DNA of 64,000 nucleotides from Podarcis muralis (taxonomy: Eukaryota). Positions 25,485 to 39,600 of this stretch are shown one piece after another. The stretch is taken from positions 63,426,001 to 63,490,000 of the forward strand of contig NC_135658.1 of assembly GCF_964188315.1 (NCBI RefSeq), read 5' to 3'. Under the pieces are notes generated by a model. That model was not told where the DNA came from. It saw nothing but the letters and a program-made list of their open reading frames with translations, and searched no databases. Position 1 is the first letter of the stretch, and every line of letters begins with the position of its first letter. Both the position numbers and the translations under genes were made by a program.

Positions 25485-27977
25485 TATAATAGCAAGCTAA
25501 TTCCCCCAAACGGTACAGAGATCAGTATCCATGAGTGGAATTTATACCACCAGAGTTACAGTGCCTTTGCTTCTTCTCTAAAAACTTCTAGAGCTGAGCC
25601 AGCAGACCTCATGGGAAGATAATTCCATTTCCTATCAGCTTAACAGCTATGTTGCAATCAAGCCACTAAGGTTTCTCATATGTTTATGGTCAGGTGTCAG
25701 GATTAGAGCATTATGAGATCCGGCCAAATTTCCCCATTCTAAAGCCTGTTTGTCTTCTGGGGGCGGTGGGGACAATGGAATTCAAAAGCCTGCTTCAAGT
25801 GAAGATTTATTTGAGTTTTCCGGATCAGCTAGCTCTAACCAAAAACCATCAGCATTCAGTGGAAATTTAGCTCGAGAGTCATCCGCTGGGATATCTTTTA
25901 ATTTGATCATTAATCCTAATTGCACAAGTCACTGGCTTCCAGGCTAAAATAAATAAGAGAAAAGAAAAGGGCAGCAGCCTTCTTTTCAGCTTTGGCATCT
26001 ATACCTACCTCAATATTTAAATAGCAAATTAAGTCATTAACACACACAAAAATCCAGGAAAAGCAAAATATGAAAATTTGTTCTATTAACTCATATAAAA
26101 CTTTAATGTGGAATGAAAATGATTCATTTGTTTGATGGCTTGTATTTTCAGCTTCTAAAGACTTTCAAGTGTAACTGTTAATGGTCCAGTCTTGAAGAAC
26201 ACATCTTTGCCTCTCGAACGTGGACTTTATTTCACTTCCAGTGCCCCCAGTTAACTAGGCCAAATCCTGACTACTACATGATTAAAAAAAATGACATTTT
26301 GCTTTCATTGATTATGTAGCATGATTCCTTTCTTATTGAAAAAAGAATGAGGGAAAGCAAGTCAGTTTTTCCAAGTACAGTGAAACAATACGTTAATGTT
26401 AAACAAATGAAAATGGGCTTGTCTTTACTGTCTATATACTAGAACTGTGCAGTTGTTATGCATGTGTCTGTATGCATAGCATTTGGAATCTGCTTGATTT
26501 GTTTCAGATCTGCTCTGTGTTCTTCCAGTCCAATTCATTATGTAAGTGCAAATCTCATCTATTAAATCCAAAGCTGCTTCACCTCATTAACTATAACAGG
26601 GAATCTAAAAACAGTATAACTTTTCACATAAGTGGATAAAATTTGCAGCCATTACAGGCATGGTCACCCCTTCAAAGTGAATGAAGCCTGGTAAATTTCA
26701 AAAAGGATTGCTGCAGTTCTTTCTCAAGGGCAGAGAACCACATTCTCTCAAGTAGTCCTTTTCTTTTTTCTTTTTTTTTTTGGTGGGGGGAGGCCAATCA
26801 GATTGAGGGAGGCATGCCAGGTAAAATTACTGTCAAAGTTCAGACAGATCCTGTAGGTCCAGGAGCCATCATGCTACATGGTTTTACCATAATTATATAA
26901 GTAAATAAATGGAGAAATTATCACCATGAGAAGAGGGAGAAAAGGGAAAGTGAACATGCTATGTTTTTAAATTGTTTGTTAAGAAAAAGAATGATTGAGA
27001 AAGAAACAAGCCACTCCACCACTTACACCCTGCTCTTACAGCCAAAACCACCAACACGCTGTGATTGGAATGCTCTGTGAAAATAATTCACTATGATTAA
27101 AAGCTGGGCCTGTCCCTCCCCACTGCCCTCGCCCACATTCCTAATCATCTCAACTCAAGCTTGATTCCATTTATGGGGGGGAAATAGGGCAGTAGGGAAA
27201 GCTTTGTTTCTGAAAGGACGCAACAAACCTACTCAAGGATGCAACAAACCTACTCTCAGCTCTGCCTCCACCTGACTTTGGAGCATGAGATCATTACCCA
27301 AATCACCCCAGATCACGCCATTATTTAGGGTACACATGGAGTCAATGCATACTCCTTATCCATATTCTTGCAAATTGATTCCCAAAATACTGTCAACTGA
27401 AATGTGCACTAACACACCAGGGCTTAGGTGGTTGCCACATTGTGCCATGAGAAAAAAGGCATACTGAAAGCTTCACATATCAGTGTGGAGTATGGAAGGA
27501 GAGCAGGGTCAACCCCTCCCCCCAAGTTTCATTTCATTTTTACCAATTTATCATAAGCAGGAGCCAACCATTCCAAGCTGGGAACTAACAGTCAGAACAG
27601 CTGACACATTCTGGAGAAGGTCAGGACCAAGGCACCTTTATATTGCTTTACAGTCAGAGACTCTTGTTCTGCTTCCAGCTGCTCATCTCTGGTATATTTA
27701 AATTGTGTGTGAGCCCTTCCTGTGCAGACCTTCTGTGCAGTTTGCTGTCCATGAAGTTATTTTGGGTTTTTTTCTAAGTGTTTGTGTAACTAATGAATCA
27801 GGAGCAGTCTGTGGGGCAGGGCAACACTGCTTATTTGACCCTTCATCACCATTGCTCTGACTTATTGAAAAGAATGGGGGGAGGTGGTCATGTCAGTGCA
27901 GTGGAAACGCACCAGTGGATCCAATTCAGCATTCCTACTGCTGCATTTCCACCATGCAGGTGTAACTGCCTCCCTTT

Positions 27978-28095
27978 CTGAAAGCAGCCCTGTATCGGGA
28001 GGTGTTTAGTGCTTGATGTTTTTATTATGTTTTTAGATATGCTGTAAGCCACCCAAGGTAGCTGGGGAAAGCCAGCCTGATGGGCGGGGTATAAA

Positions 28096-28135
<40 letters not shown>

Positions 28136-28136
28136 A
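27978..28136 (+). mobile_element. L2-type 3' end with (GTT)n tail
   Basis: ctgaaagcagccctgtatcgggaggtg...agccacccaaggtagctggggaa...gggcggggtataaat + (GTT)n. Confidence 0.8.
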
Positions 28137-28624
28137 TTTCTTGGTAAGCCACAGTGATGGCAGTAATGGTCACAGGGCAGGTATCCAGCAGCACCATACC
28201 GGCCACTACTCTAACGGGTTTTTTGTTATATCATTATTTTATTATTTATTTAATTTATATACTGCTCTATACCTGGAGGTCTCAGGATGCTTCACAGAAC
28301 AAAATCAAAATTTAAACAATCTTCATCAAGTCTTGCTTTGAGTCGTTCTTGGACATCGGCATCTGTGTCTTGTTCCAGACACCTCTCTGTTGACTGAACA
28401 TAACAGGGCCACTGGGGAACTTGCATGGGCTAGTAATCAATGAACTTGTTTTGTTTGGCTGTAGTAAATTTACATGTCCAAGGAGGTTCATATACCCTCA
28501 TATATCAGCTCCAACAATGATAAAGCACTGGAATTGATGGAAGGTGCCTTTCTTGGATTTACAGAAATTATTATTGTTATTTGATTTGTATGCTGCCCAT
28601 CTGACTGGATTCAGCTAGTGTTTC

Positions 28625-28918
28625 TGTTATGTACTGAAGTTCTCACCCTGGGCCAGCAGGGGGATACTGTAGATAGTTATGCAAATGAAGGATCGAAAGT
28701 GACGTTCAGTGATTGGATAGTTTGTATGCAAATGAAGGATCAAAAGTGACATTCAGTGATTGGATAGTTTTAGAAAGTTGCTACAGTTACGTTGTTCTGG
28801 AGCTCTATATAAGCAGGCTGATTGAGCTCCTCAGTTCAGTTCTGTTCTGGCCTCTGAATAAATAAGAGCTGTTTGAAGAATCGCTGTGTCGTCTGATATG
28901 TTCGCCCACAACTTAACA
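28625..28918 (+). mobile_element. Solo LTR (294 bp)
   Basis: TGTTA...TAACA termini; 5-bp TSD GTTTC at 28620-28624 and 28919-28923; TATATAA at 28806; AATAAA at 28857; internal 47-bp tandem duplication. Confidence 0.9.
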
Positions 28919-31709
28919 GTTTCATCATCTCCACCTCTCAAGTTACCACTTAACTGGAGACTCCAGTTAATTTTATTAGTTAATAGTTAAATTACTGTTC
29001 AAATTTACTATTAAAAATTAGTTATTAAAAGTTTTGGAAGACTTTCCAAATTTGTTTCCTAATATGCAGTACCAACAACTGTTTCTTTCATGTTGCTGTT
29101 TTACTTGTTGATTCATTCTCCAGATTAAATCTGGTGATGCTTGAAAAATGTTAATTTCCAAACCAATGAAGAGTATATTTTGATGCTCATTTTGCTATAG
29201 CAACATGTGCTGGTTTTTTATTCCCTCATAAACTTGTGTGTCAAGAATATGGACACTGGATTAATTACAATTCACTAATTTATGTCCATTACTGCCTTTG
29301 TTTTACAGACAGAAAGTTATTTAACTCAACAGATGGGAAGATGTCTGCAGGTCATAAACCTAATACTATTCTAGTAAAAGTCAACATAAGGTTCTTGCTT
29401 CTTGAAGTGTAAAGCTACTTTATGCAAATGAAATTTCACAATAAAATTACTTAGTACTTACTGCAAAGTCCCACAACACATATCAAACCATTCAAGATAA
29501 AAGGATTTCCTCTTATTGGAACACATAAGACCTCCATAATATTTTGTGTCCCTCTTGTGATTGACTATATAGTTTAGCCCACATGTTTGAAAAAGAAAGT
29601 GTATCATAGCACAGTAAAATGTTGCTCAAGAAACTACTTCTTTTCACAAAATGCTTATCTGGAATTCATGAGATCCGGGATAAATTTCAGGCAGTGTTGT
29701 AGAGGTTCCATGTGAATCCCTAAAACACAGGTAAAGTTAACTCCTTGGACCAGTTAATCTGATTTAACACCAATTTATATGCAATTTATGGAGAAAGACT
29801 ATTTTCCCTGGAATGGCGGCTGAGCGACTTCAGGATCCATGGCCTCTTTTTTTGCAGATGGATAGGGAGAACCACAGATGACAGGCAGATGCAGAAAGGT
29901 ACAGGGCCACTGCTCTTCTGCTGGTGGTGCTCAATGGACAAAACTGGGATAAGAGGCTGATTATGATTCTTGTACACATGAATCTTTTGGTTTTATCTCA
30001 GAATGCAGGATTCTACTTTCTTGCCAAGCAGTTTGATCAGTAAGGGTAGGAGATGTTCAAGGCTTTTCTATCCCCCACCAAATGGCCCAGCAGAAAATTA
30101 GCAAGAGGGGAATCTGGGGTGATGTCTTCAGGTCACCACAAACCCCTTGCTGCTCAACTTCAGACCTTTGAAAGAGGCAAACCCGGAAGGAGGGAAACTG
30201 ATACATGGTTCAAACTCACCCATGGAGCTAAGAGCCACTACCTCCCCACTCCTGTTATTCCCCCTGGTCAGTAACAGTGACCCACCTGCAGGCAAGAGAA
30301 CATAGTGGTTCTGCTACATCCAGCGAACACTTCTGCCTGAAACATGCTCAAAACAGAATTTGTAATTTATGAAACTACACTCAAGAAAATGCAGTGCATA
30401 GCACTGTCTACGTGTATCATTTCAACAGAAACTTGAAAGTAAGTTATATTAATGTTACCCCCTCCCATTCTAACTTCCTTTCTATCAAAGCAATAGTTGG
30501 TCCCTCCATAGCATATAGTTTATTAAAATTGAAATTAGTGATTGAAATTATATCTCCAGGAAGCTGTCATGATTCCCATTACAATGAGAATGTAATTACA
30601 GTTTAATTTATAACAAGTGTATTTCAATTATTTTTCTCAGAAATGAGAAACTTATTATTAGCAACTAATTTCAAGAATGCCAAGGTTTTGTCTGCAGATG
30701 ATTCATTTATTTGCTGCCAAATAAAAACAAGAGACAAGACTTTATGCTGAAGAGGGTACGTATGAAAAAGTTTAGAATAAACTATGGTGCAAGTATAATC
30801 TGTTGGAGGCACATGTGATTCTCTCTGCACCTTTATTATAAGTAAATGTGATTATCTCTGTCTTGGAAAGAGTGACAGTTAAGTGTTGGAAGGGGGGAGA
30901 ATTATTCTCAAGGACACTTCTTAAAAATGAATTTAGAAGCATGCTGCTTAATAAATAATGCAGCCGACCAGTCCTTGATGCTTTACTTTCAGGACTAGGA
31001 CTCCCTGCAAATTGCCAAGAGCATTTAATGTTACAGAAATGGTAATAATTTGTGCAATTCAATGCACAAGAGTTCAAAGATTCAAACGTCTAAGCATTTT
31101 TGTAATATCCAGGCATTATTGCTTTACCAATTCCACATCGAAGTATCACAGTCTGGTAGGCATGTTTGCGCATCACATTGCAATGAATGAAATATGCCAA
31201 AGAGCCTGAATTTGCACAAACCTTATTGTCTTCAATGGATCTTGAATTAAAGAGGTCCTTGAAGGACTGTGCTCAGTGTCCAATGAGTGAATGTGAACAG
31301 ACTTACGCCAACAAAATGCATCACTTCTAGGTAGGGATGGACATATCTGTTGATTTCAGTTTCGCTCAATTTTGCATTCTTTCAATTTTAAGTTTGGTTC
31401 ACTCCATTTATGCATCTGTTTGGAGTATTTAAAAAAATGGCAAGAAAGCCAGTATTTTAGTGTTTATGCCTCCCATTATACACATTTTGATGCCATTTTG
31501 CCTAATATGCGCATTTTTACAAGCATTTTCCTAACACATTTTACATGTTAGTTCAGTAATATATGCATTTTAATGCACTTACCCCTAAAATAGGCATTTT
31601 ATTATACATTTTTGATCAAAGAACTGCACTGCCAGACTTGGAAAAGTGTAGATTTCAAAGGCTGGCTGCGTTTGGCTTTGCGCATTGTTTCAGGAAGCTT
31701 GGAGGCAAT

Positions 31710-31868
31710 GTGCTTCTGGTTGCTGGAAACTGCAGACGGGGAGAGTGCCCTCATACTTGGGTTCTCCTTGTGGGCTTCCCATAGGCATCTGGTTGGCCAC
31801 TTCAATAACAGAATGCTGGACTAGATAGGTCATTGATCTGATTCTACAGGTTCTTCTTATGTTCTTAC
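31710..31868 (+). mobile_element. Older CR1-type 3' UTR with TCTTATGT tail
   Basis: tgctggaaactgcag...gcatctggttggccac...gactagatagg...ttcttatgttctta; a related copy lies at 61040-61540. Confidence 0.6.
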
Positions 31869-34800
31869 ATTCGATAGGGATATTTTTGTCCCATCCCTAC
31901 TTCTAGATGCTATTTCAATGAGAAAAGAAAAGGACTTGTTAATTGTCCCATTAAAAAGAATTGGATTTAAAAGTGTTGAACTTTGGCTGGACCTTGTCCA
32001 ATATATTTTTGATGACATTGCATCTTACATAAAAACTAGCATATGGCAAATGGTGGGGTGTCTTTAATATTAATATTTTAGTAAAATCCTGAGATACGTT
32101 TGGATATCTAAAGTGGGTATTTTAAGATGAAGAAAATCAAATGCTCTGAATAAGTATATATAGAGATAATTATTTCAAACTACAAGAAAAACAACTTCTT
32201 TTATCTCTGCAAGACCACTGAGCCAAAAATATAGCAGCAATTTTAAGGTTTGTTTAAGAAAAAAAGATGTTAAGTTCAGCAATCCAAAAATGGGTCTTTT
32301 CAAGAAAGCATTTCCTGCAGCTGTGAGATCTTATGACATCTTAAGTTTAGAACTTGTAACTAAAACGAGTTACCCATTGTGTTTACAGAAGTTCTATTCA
32401 TGGCAGGCTGCCTTTGCTAACCAGCTGAAATCTGGAAGTATTTATAAACAACAAAATACACTGGGAAGCCTGATTTTAAAAATCAGCCAGGTTGTTTAGG
32501 AATTTATCCCTCCACCTTTATACAAATTATTATTATTATTACTACTACTACTACTACTACTACTATTATCATCTTCTCACTTATTGAAGATGGTGGGGGG
32601 CAATCTAACAATCTGTTAGGTGAAAAGGTGGGCATAATTAAAAATCTAGCACCAGTGGTACAGCACATTATGGTTGGCATGTAAAAAGTTTTCTGGGTTT
32701 ATCCACACATCTCCAAGTAGAGCTGGGAAGTCAGAAAAGCCTCTGCCAGTCAGTGTGGACAATATGAACTAGATTGTACCATGTAAGGCAACTTCCTGTT
32801 TCAATCAGCTCTTAGTTTATTCAGAACCTGAGGGCTAGAAAATTGAGAAAGGGCTGTAGTTCAGTGGTAGAGCAATGTAAGGCAGGTCTCTATGTTCCAA
32901 TGTAAAGTTCACCATTACCTTCTGTGTGACAAGAAATGCTCTTTTTACATGAACATAGATCATTTATCATGTGGCATTCTGCATGTGCACCAGAGCCGAT
33001 TTGGACAAAAAAACCAAGACATGCTGAACCAAATAGGCCACCCAATCCTATGACCCAGCTAAGATGTTCAGTGTCATCACAGAGACAGAGGATCAACACA
33101 TGATACTTCTACCTTCTGAATAAGCAAGAATGTCAGTAAAAAGCTTCCCCTTGTGCATGCTCATCTACTCTAAGACTCAATATGAATGAAACTAAACAGG
33201 TAATAAAAAGTCTTGAGTCTGTGAAATTCATGCAAAATAATTAACAATCAGTAGGGCCTGATCCTGAATCACTAAAAGCAATCATTTGCTCTTCAGTTAC
33301 TGTCAGTAAGATTGACCACCCTGATTCTACATTACTTCAAACATTTCTCTGTAGGCAATGGGATCAAAGACATAAAAATGTGGAAGATATAGGAGGACCT
33401 CCTGTTAAACACACCAGTAAGATAGGCAGGTGGAAGGAAATGTAATAAATGTTTTTGTTTTTGTTTTTCGCAGATAGCCTTGCCTTGCATGCTTTTGCAA
33501 ACTTTCACTAGTTTAAGTGGCATCTGCTGTTGGGCAAGTCCAATATCCAAAACCTCTTTGGATTATTAACTTTCTTTCCAGCTTAGAATGTGCAGAAAAA
33601 TCAATTCTCTACTGCAACTGGCTTGTGCATGGCTCAGCAGAGAATGAAAACTGCCAGCTACAGCTCTTTGATTCACTGCCTGGCCCTAATTCTGAGTACC
33701 CTTCTCAACAGCCTTAGGGATTTTTGAATATGCATGTTGGTCTCCTAGGTGTTATAAGGCAGTTGATCATAGTCAACATATACATTTGCCAAAGCACACC
33801 CCTCTCCTCTAGAATATTTATCTTCCTCACTAGCATACTCCGTTTTGGAGGAATAGCATAGGACAGGCCTATGCCAGATCGACCACATAGTATTGACCTC
33901 CCTGTGCCAATGAAACAAGCACTCAAGGGATAATCTCTGCCTCATTTGCAGCATTTCAGTTTTATAGTCTTTATGGCCAGAAGGGGCATGGGATAATTTA
34001 GCCGCGCCTCTGCAATTTATTCCACTTGGATTCAAGAAAGCTTTTTAAAAAATGATCCCCCATCTGGATCTAAATGCTCTAAACAACTGTGGTTTTTGTA
34101 TTCCCTTTGACATACAGTTTCTGTGTTTTATTAAATTTGATGCTGGAAACAGCTCCTTATTTGAAGTCGGAATCTGCATAACTACAGCACCCACTCTTTG
34201 GACCTTCCTTTGCAGAAGGGCCTTCTGGGCTCATATTATTTTCACAGAAGAACTGTAGTTATATACAGTTCTAACCCAAAATGGTACACTCTTCCATTGT
34301 CTCCCCAAACAGAAGGATGCTAACCAACATCCCTTCTGATCAGCCAACTTGGTGCCATTATTCCTGCACCAAATGATCAGCCAAGTATGTCCACCAACGA
34401 AGACGTCCTTATAGGAATAACAAGATACACATTACATTTTTGTCTCTATAATTCATGCTGCTCAGTATCAAGACAAACAAAGAGAAAAGGGGCTGATTAA
34501 GCAGCTTATCAAGTGCTGAACGGCACCTGACAAATATAAAACCAGGCACCTGTGTTCCAGATGTACATGAATCTATGTAGATCATTGAAGATCATACCCT
34601 GTAAGTACACATATTATTTAATGAACTAGAACTGAAATAAATTCAAAATTTATCAGCAATTTGAAGGCAAATTGTCTGTTCCACTCAGCATAGGATATTG
34701 TGGCAAGGCTGTATCTGACCTAATCTGCAATTAGTACGCAATCTCAGCTGATGAAGGATGCCTTTTTGAATACTATCATAAACTCACCCCATGCTCCAAC

Positions 34801-36353
34801 TTACAGGTACATACAAGTTCAAAAAAGGTTTTATCTGAATCACTGAACTCATGCAAAGCCAGTTAGGAGGGACAGGACGATGGACCTGCCCTTCCGGAAG
34901 CAATATCACCACTATATGCTGTGTCTGGCATGGGGCAGGGCGGTGGTGATGTCAGGCAGGTTTGGCTGTACTGGTGAGAGCTCAAATTGGCTTTGCTGGT
35001 GCTCCTCGGCTGTTCTATCCTCATACCTTCCCAATCCACTAAAGTGATGCTGCTGCCAGGAGACCAGGTTCACAGTGCCACCCACCCACCCACCAGCCCT
35101 CTAGCAGCTCTTGACTGAACTGCCTACAAAAAGTCCTTCAGTCTTAACCCTTAACAGATTGGGCAATGGGCCTTCATCTATCCAGTTATTGATTCCAAGC
35201 ACCTGTTCAACATAGCCCATGCCACACTAGTTATGATATAAAGGAGAAATAGAGCCAAGCATCATTTGCATAGTGCTAACAACTCAGTCCAGATCTGCAG
35301 ACTACCCAGCAGTTTCATGCAGCTCTTAATAGCATGGGACACAAGAAGTGCAGGAATAACAGTGCTGAACTATAGTTTCTCAGCAATAGTGTGCAGTCAG
35401 AAGGCTCTTTTGTCAATTTGACAAAGGCACTTTGTAAAAGTTCCTCCTTCCACCACCACCTCCTTTTTTTAAGCAAACTATTCACCACACTGAGCCTCTG
35501 GACTAGCAGTGTAAAAATGAATAAATCATCAGATCAGGGATCTAGCAATAGTAGAATGTGCTGATGATTGTGGGGAGAATGAGATTCTTGGGAGCCCTCC
35601 AGGTTATGATTCCTGATCTCCCTTGCTTAATCTGAAAATCAAGTACAAAAGGCACCATCTATCATGAGCTCCAGATTTTTATTTATGCAAAAAGTTAACC
35701 AATTTAAGCCTTTTCTTCCATAAAGGAAAGTAAATAAGATGTTACTCCTGAATTCACCATGTTTCTTTTTTCACTTTTCATTTTTCATGTTACATAAATT
35801 TAACATTGACAATCCTACCTACCTACCTAATTCAAATCATATAGTCTGTACATTGCTAAATTCATTACCTACTTCATTTGATTCCTACTGGTAATCCATT
35901 TCCCAATTCTGAAGGACTTGCTTTACTATTCTTTCTTTCTAAGATGAAGACAATTAGCTCTTGGTAGCTGACATATATTCAGCCTTGAATGAGTTCCAAT
36001 AATTACTGATCTGTGTTTGCTTGTGCCAGATCCATTGTAGGCTTTGACTTCCCTAAAACTCATTGAAATCAGCTACATAGAAACCAGCCTAACACTTAAC
36101 AAAAATCCTCCCAAGCCTAATCACATGTTTCCATTACCTGACTGCAAAAGAATATGAGACAAGCTGTCTTCTAAAGTCTGTTTGGGGAGCAAAGACAAGC
36201 AGATATTGGTCAGCTGACTGGTCTGCTGTTTGGGGCATTGCCCACTCCGGGTTGGAAACAGGAGAGAGATTATTGAATGCTCACTTGAAGTACATTGTTA
36301 GCTTCTAGCTCAGGGAATCTTTGGCACCGTTCACATTACAAAAACTACTATAG

Positions 36354-36606
36354 CAGCGGTCAGCAAACATTTTCAGCAGGGGGCCGGTCCACTGTCCCTC
36401 AGACCTTGTGGTGGGGCAGACTATATTTTGAAAATTTTAAAAAATGAACAAATTTCTATGCCCTGCAAATAACCCAGAGATGCATTTTAAATAAAAGCAC
36501 ACATTCTACTCATGTAAAAACACGCTCATTCTGGACCGTCCGTGGGCCAGATTTTGAAGGCGATTGGGCCAAATCCAGCCCCCAGCCCCTAGTTTGCCTA
36601 CTCATG
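36354..36606. mobile_element. hAT (Charlie-like) MITE
   Basis: Homologous to 61187-61510; decayed TIRs; 8-bp TSD TACTATAG/GACTATAG. Confidence 0.85.
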
Positions 36607-39600
36607 GACTATAGAGATATATAGAGTAGTGGGTCCATGGCTTGGCTTTTGAAAACAGGGGGTCTGCAGTACTTAGCGAATCAAGAAGTACTATTCTAGC
36701 TAACCTATTTGCAGATCTTGTTAAGCAAATAAAACTGCTGTCTATTTACCCCAGATAATGTGTCATGTCTTCATTTCTGGTGGGGAAATGAAAGATTGTT
36801 CTTCTTCTCAGAGTTTAATGGCATAGCAAGACCCTAAAACCACCACCAACTGGCAACAATGCAATAACATTTCAGTCCCAACCTGTTGTAGAGCCTCATA
36901 TCCTTCACAAACTGCCATAAACCCTCCAGCACTGAACTCCAGGGAGTCTTGTCCCAGAGATAAGGACCCACGGAGCAATTTGAGCACTCAAATCACAAAA
37001 ACTGTGAAGGAGAAGTCCTCTGTCTTTCATATCCCGCAAACAGACCCATAGATAATGATAAACTGTTTTCTCCACTCACAAACCTCACAGTATTCCAAGT
37101 CTGTCCTCCCTGCCCTGTACAAACCACTCTGAAGAGCATAATACTCATCAAAACTCTCAAGAGACAAATTTGTATCTGCCACTCTTTCAGTGTAAAAGTG
37201 TGAAAATCATTCATTGATGGACAAAATAAGACCTTCCTTCCTGTAGAACCCACCTTATTCTACATTTGCATCTAAGAGAATACATTTAAAAAAACAGCTT
37301 TTAGCTTCCAAAAATGACACTGGCACCACAAAATAAGTGTCCTTCTGTTCTAAAACCTTCCTAGCCACTTTATTCTCAACAATCACCACCTGTGTTGGAA
37401 CAACAAAATTCAGCCAAAAGTCACACACAGAGTTGAATTCAACGAAGTCCAGAGTGCGACTTCTACTTGTGCAATGTAACTTCCCTTCCCTCTCTTCCTC
37501 TTGCAGACCCCCTGGAGCAGGTTGGGGAGTTGTTGGGGCATTACAGGGGAAACTCACACAGTGGCTTGTTGGATACATTTGTGTCCTATACACACAATGA
37601 CCTTTGTTTGATGAATACGGGCTATTGCAATAATGTTGAGACGGCGTGGGTCTTATCTATCATGGTAGAAGAGAAACAGTATAACTTGCTAATCTGTACT
37701 GTTTATTTACCAAGAGGGAGAAATTGCTGATATTTTTGTAACTACAAATATTGAAACCATGCTGTTAATGGTGCATATTGGGTAGGATAATTAGAGCTGG
37801 TAATTGGAGACAACAAAGATGGAAAGTAATTGGACTTTGGGAATTATTATATGATCATTAGGAGTGGAAAACAAGAGCAGAATGTAAATAAAGGGTGTGA
37901 AAAGGGCACAGTACAGGGAGAGTTATGCAAAGTTACCTCACATGGGGCAAAATTTGTGAGCAGACATTTTTTATTCTATTGCTTTTCTCTTTGGGCTTCA
38001 TTGTATTGGAAACTGTTTTTAAAATTACTTTAATTCTCAAGTTGGCTAGGACACACTGAAATATTCATCAATCGCTTAGAGAATTTCCTGCAATTGATAG
38101 GAGATTTTGCCATCAAGTTTTGAAATAATTTTAATTTTCAATGAATGTAAATTAAGAACACTGGTATCTGGTTATCAAATAGCCTATAAAAAGGAGAACC
38201 TAACTAAATTCTATAAAATGTTTCCATGGTGCTACATTTTAAAATGTTACACTTAGAGATGGATTTATTTAAGTATCAGCAAATCAATTATATTGAGAGA
38301 TTACATTTGAATGCCTGTCTTAATATGGATATCTGCGTCCCACAATTAGTATTCTAATGTATGTAACATTCCATGTAATGCTGACATTTTATAACACCTT
38401 TTAAATCTGTATAATTGGTACATGGGGAATTCCACTACAGTGGTGTGCTGTATATTTCCTCACTTTAATATTAAGAGGCTTTCCAAGCCTATATATACAG
38501 AGGAAAACTAGAACAAGAGTGTAGATGTATTGGCTAAATATCATAAATATCATAAAGACAGAAAAGCAGAATGATCTAGAAAATAATTTTTTTGATGGCA
38601 ATCAAAACAACCACCAAACAGCCTATTTGCATCCAAAGGAACTTTCAGCATTTTTTTTTATTTGAACTACAACCCACAGTATATGCCCTATCTCTTTTGA
38701 ACCTGATAGGATTGTCTAAGGTAGTTTTCTATACAGCATACAGGGCTGCGGCTCAAAGAAAATAAGTAATAAATATCATCAGGTATGCGAAGCCATTAAG
38801 CAAGTCACCGACTACCTCAGGATATTTTGTCATCCTGGGTGAGGTAACATTTTCTGTACTGATGTCCATGTAAAGATACACAGGACTGGATTGTTTATAT
38901 TTCTTTGTATGATTCTGTATCGCTATCTTCATTTCCTACATTTCAATCACTATCATTTGTTCTTTACTACAAATTTGTTCTTTACTACGACTTTTATTTT
39001 TCTTGGCCACTGGAATAATTGTCCTCCATGATAGTGTCTTAATTCAAACTGTAATAAATGGATTGGTGGGTTCTGTTTTGCACATATTTTAAAGGCTGCA
39101 CTTTTAAATGATTGTATTTCCACGTACATTCTAATACATGTAAGACAGTGGATTCAACTGGATTTACTCTCAGGTAAGTAAATACAGGATTGCACTCTAA
39201 AATATTCATTTATTGAGAAAATAATAGTACTAATTATGTTTTACTTAAAAGAGAAAACCACTTTAATGTTTCTACTATAATATTTAATATTTTAAAGAGG
39301 TTTCTTCCCTCTCACATGAATAAAATGTAAAAGCCAGACTTCCTTCTACACACTGATAAAATGTGTAATAGTCGGAAGCAGGATTTCCTTGCTTGCTGCT
39401 AAGTGATCTAGTTTATAGGGGGTTGGAAATGCAAAATAAAAAGTTAACACCTTAAATTTCTGACATCTCAAAGTCACCCATGGACTTTACCAGAAGACCA
39501 GATGCAACACCGGTGGAACACAATGTGCCTTGCTCAGTTCCATGTTACTTTAGTTTACCAGTTTTGTAATTTTCAAGCCTTTATTGTGAAGTTAAAATAA

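Noticed and set aside
32849-32880. tRNA-like gggctgtagttcagtggtagagc
   Set aside because: Only the 5' half is present, with no T-arm or acceptor stem; a decayed SINE head rather than a tRNA gene.
37507-37662. Strong pyrimidine-tract acceptor and open frame (PLEQVGELLGHYRG...)
   Set aside because: Only a weak donor and no recognisable product; an overlapping minus-strand ORF is equally unsupported.
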